Below are positions 62,518 through 64,000 of a stretch of DNA of 64,000 nt, piece after piece. The position numbers were made by a program, and so were the translations under genes. This DNA comes from Candidatus Levybacteria bacterium CG2_30_37_29 (GTDB taxonomy: Bacteria; Patescibacteriota; Microgenomatia; Levybacterales; GWA1-39-11), in assembly GCA_001873215.1 (NCBI GenBank), contig MNYS01000005.1, positions 1,367 to 65,366 on the forward strand, read 5' to 3'. The notes under the pieces are model-generated. The model was not told the DNA's origin, did no database searches, and saw nothing but the letters and a program-made list of their open reading frames with translations. The number at the start of each line of letters is the position of its first letter. Position 1 is the first letter of the stretch.

Positions 62518-63690
62518 TTATCTAAAGTAATAACCCCTATAATCCTTTTTTTTAAAAAACTTTTTAAGTATGCTTACAACGTACCGAATCTCTTTGATAG
62601 ACAAAGCTGAAAACATCGGAAGCGAAAGACTTTCATTCGCAATTCTTTCAGCGTTTGGGAAATCCCCTTTTTTGTAACCAAGTTTTTTAAAAGAAGTCTG
62701 TAAATGAATTGGTATGGGATAATGAATTCCGGATTCAATCCCATTCTTTCTTAAATAGTTAATCAGTTTTTTTCTTTTTTTCGTCTTTACAACGTATAAA
62801 TGATAATTTGGTTTATTATCCTCGTTTCTTTCAATTTTTTTAATTGGAAGATTGGCTAATAAAGAATCATATTCTTCTGCTATTCTAGCTCTACTTTTAT
62901 TTTCCATGTCTAATTTGGATAATTTTACTCTAAGAATAGCTGCTTGTATTGTATCAAGCCGACTATTATACCCGATCATTGTATGATTATTTTTTTCTAT
63001 TTGTCCGTGATTTCTCAAAGCAATTATTTTTTCGAACAAATCTTTTCTTGAAGTAACAATAGCACCTGCATCTCCATATGCACCCAGATTTTTACTTGGG
63101 TAAAAAGAAAAGGCAGCTATATCTCCCAAGCTTCCCGATTTTTTCTTTTTGTACAAACTTCCGTGCGCTTGACAAGAATCTTCAACTACCAAAAGATTGT
63201 GTTTTCTTGCAATTGACAAAATTTTATCCATGTCAGGCATATATCCATATAAATAAACAGGGATTATGGCTCGAGTTTTTTTAGTAATTACTTGTTCTAT
63301 TTTCTCAACGTTTATTTGATGAGTTTGTGAAGATACATCAACCAATACTGGGGAGGCTCCTGCAAGAATAATTGGCGAAACAGTTGCGGTAAATGTCATA
63401 GCCGGCACAATAACTTCATCACCTTTTCCTATTCCTAATGAAATAAGACTAAGAAGAATTGCATCGGTTCCAGACCCAACTCCAACACAATATTTTACAC
63501 CAATATATTTTGCAAACTCTTTTTCAAATTTGCTTACTTCTTTTCCCAATATATAATCCGAGCTTAAAATCACACGACGAATAGCCATATTTATAGCTCG
63601 TGAAACTTTTTTTGGCTGACGTGAGAGGTCTACAAAAGGAACGTTCATGAAAACAAAGCTTATTGTATCATGAGCCGATTTCTTATACAA
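62518..63690 (-). CDS. DegT/DnrJ/EryC1/StrS-family PLP-dependent sugar aminotransferase
   Basis: '[14 protein letters not shown]', '[21 protein letters not shown]' (Lys in 'SFYPSKNLG'); true start probably an internal Met. Confidence 0.85.
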   Translation of the reverse strand: MYKKSAHDTISFVFMNVPFVDLSRQPKKVSRAINMAIRRVILSSDYILGKEVSKFEKEFAKYIGVKYCVGVGSGTDAILLSLISLGIGKGDEVIVPAMTFTATVSPIILAGASPVLVDVSSQTHQINVEKIEQVITKKTRAIIPVYLYGYMPDMDKILSIARKHNLLVVEDSCQAHGSLYKKKKSGSLGDIAAFSFYPSKNLGAYGDAGAIVTSRKDLFEKIIALRNHGQIEKNNHTMIGYNSRLDTIQAAILRVKLSKLDMENKSRARIAEEYDSLLANLPIKKIERNEDNKPNYHLYVVKTKKRKKLINYLRKNGIESGIHYPIPIHLQTSFKKLGYKKGDFPNAERIANESLSLPMFSALSIKEIRYVVSILKKFFKKKDYRGYYFR

Positions 63691-63699
63691 TGAGCCTGT

Positions 63700-64000
63700 A
63701 TGAAAGTGAATATTGCTGTTGTTGGTCTTGGCTATTGGGGACCAAATTTAGTAAGAAATTTCGTAACGGTTCCAGGAGCATCTATTACTACGGTTTGCGA
63801 TACAAATCCCGCAACATTTCAAAAAATAAAACCCTTCTCTTCTATCAAAACAGTGAGGAATATTAATGATGTATTGCGTGATAAAACAATTGATGCGGTT
63901 GCAATAGCAACTCCTCTTTCCACACATTTTATTCTTGCAAAAAAAGCTATATTGGCGGGCAAACATGTTTTGCTTGAAAAACCTATGACTCAAACTTCTA
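63700..64000 (+). CDS. Gfo/Idh/MocA-family NAD(P)-dependent sugar-nucleotide oxidoreductase (5' part; runs off window)
   Basis: '[21 protein letters not shown]…[12 protein letters not shown]…[10 protein letters not shown]' Rossmann N-terminus; no stop before window end. Confidence 0.7.
   Translation, partial: MKVNIAVVGLGYWGPNLVRNFVTVPGASITTVCDTNPATFQKIKPFSSIKTVRNINDVLRDKTIDAVAIATPLSTHFILAKKAILAGKHVLLEKPMTQTS

Noticed and set aside
63748-63993. 81-aa minus-strand ORF at window end
   Set aside because: Antisense to the clearly recognisable Gfo/Idh/MocA N-terminus (63700..).

Overview
Low-GC (~35%) bacterial window that uses the standard genetic code (TGA is a stop). Genes are small and tightly packed, several overlapping by a few nucleotides. 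The gene content suggests a reduced-genome organism, possibly Candidate Phyla Radiation/Patescibacteria; that placement is inference. The left edge carries a partial, frameshifted IS481-type (rve/DDE) transposase. Positions 1-33 kb hold housekeeping genes: typA, yraN, rplS, pyrG, tRNA-Gly(CCC), tRNA-Asp(GUC), polX, lemA/htpX, murT-gatD, gatCAB, dnaE and the F-type ATP synthase operon atpBEFHAGDC. The same stretch also has a small membrane redox module (RnfD/NqrB-like membrane domain fused to an FNR-like reductase, a DoxX protein, an FAD-linked oxidase). Next to it is a 7TM protein followed by an ATP-grasp gene fused to a Zn-protease-like domain, which looks like a peptide-ligation/modification cassette. 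Positions 33-64 kb form one large cell-surface glycan island. It has at least seven large polytopic membrane proteins (GT-C/PMT/ArnT-like, YfhO, O-antigen-ligase-like), a Wzx flippase, two GT2 genes, one GT4 and a GT2-membrane fusion. It also has seven methyltransferases (two of them TylC3-like C-methyltransferases), an SGNH hydrolase, and a nucleotide-sugar pathway (CapE/PseB-like 4,6-dehydratase, RmlD-like reductase, UDP-GlcNAc 2-epimerase, DegT aminotransferase, Gfo/Idh/MocA dehydrogenase). Several operons have a σ70-like -35/-10 pair only 5-9 nt upstream of the start codon with no Shine-Dalgarno, which points to leaderless transcripts. No CRISPR array or rRNA was seen.
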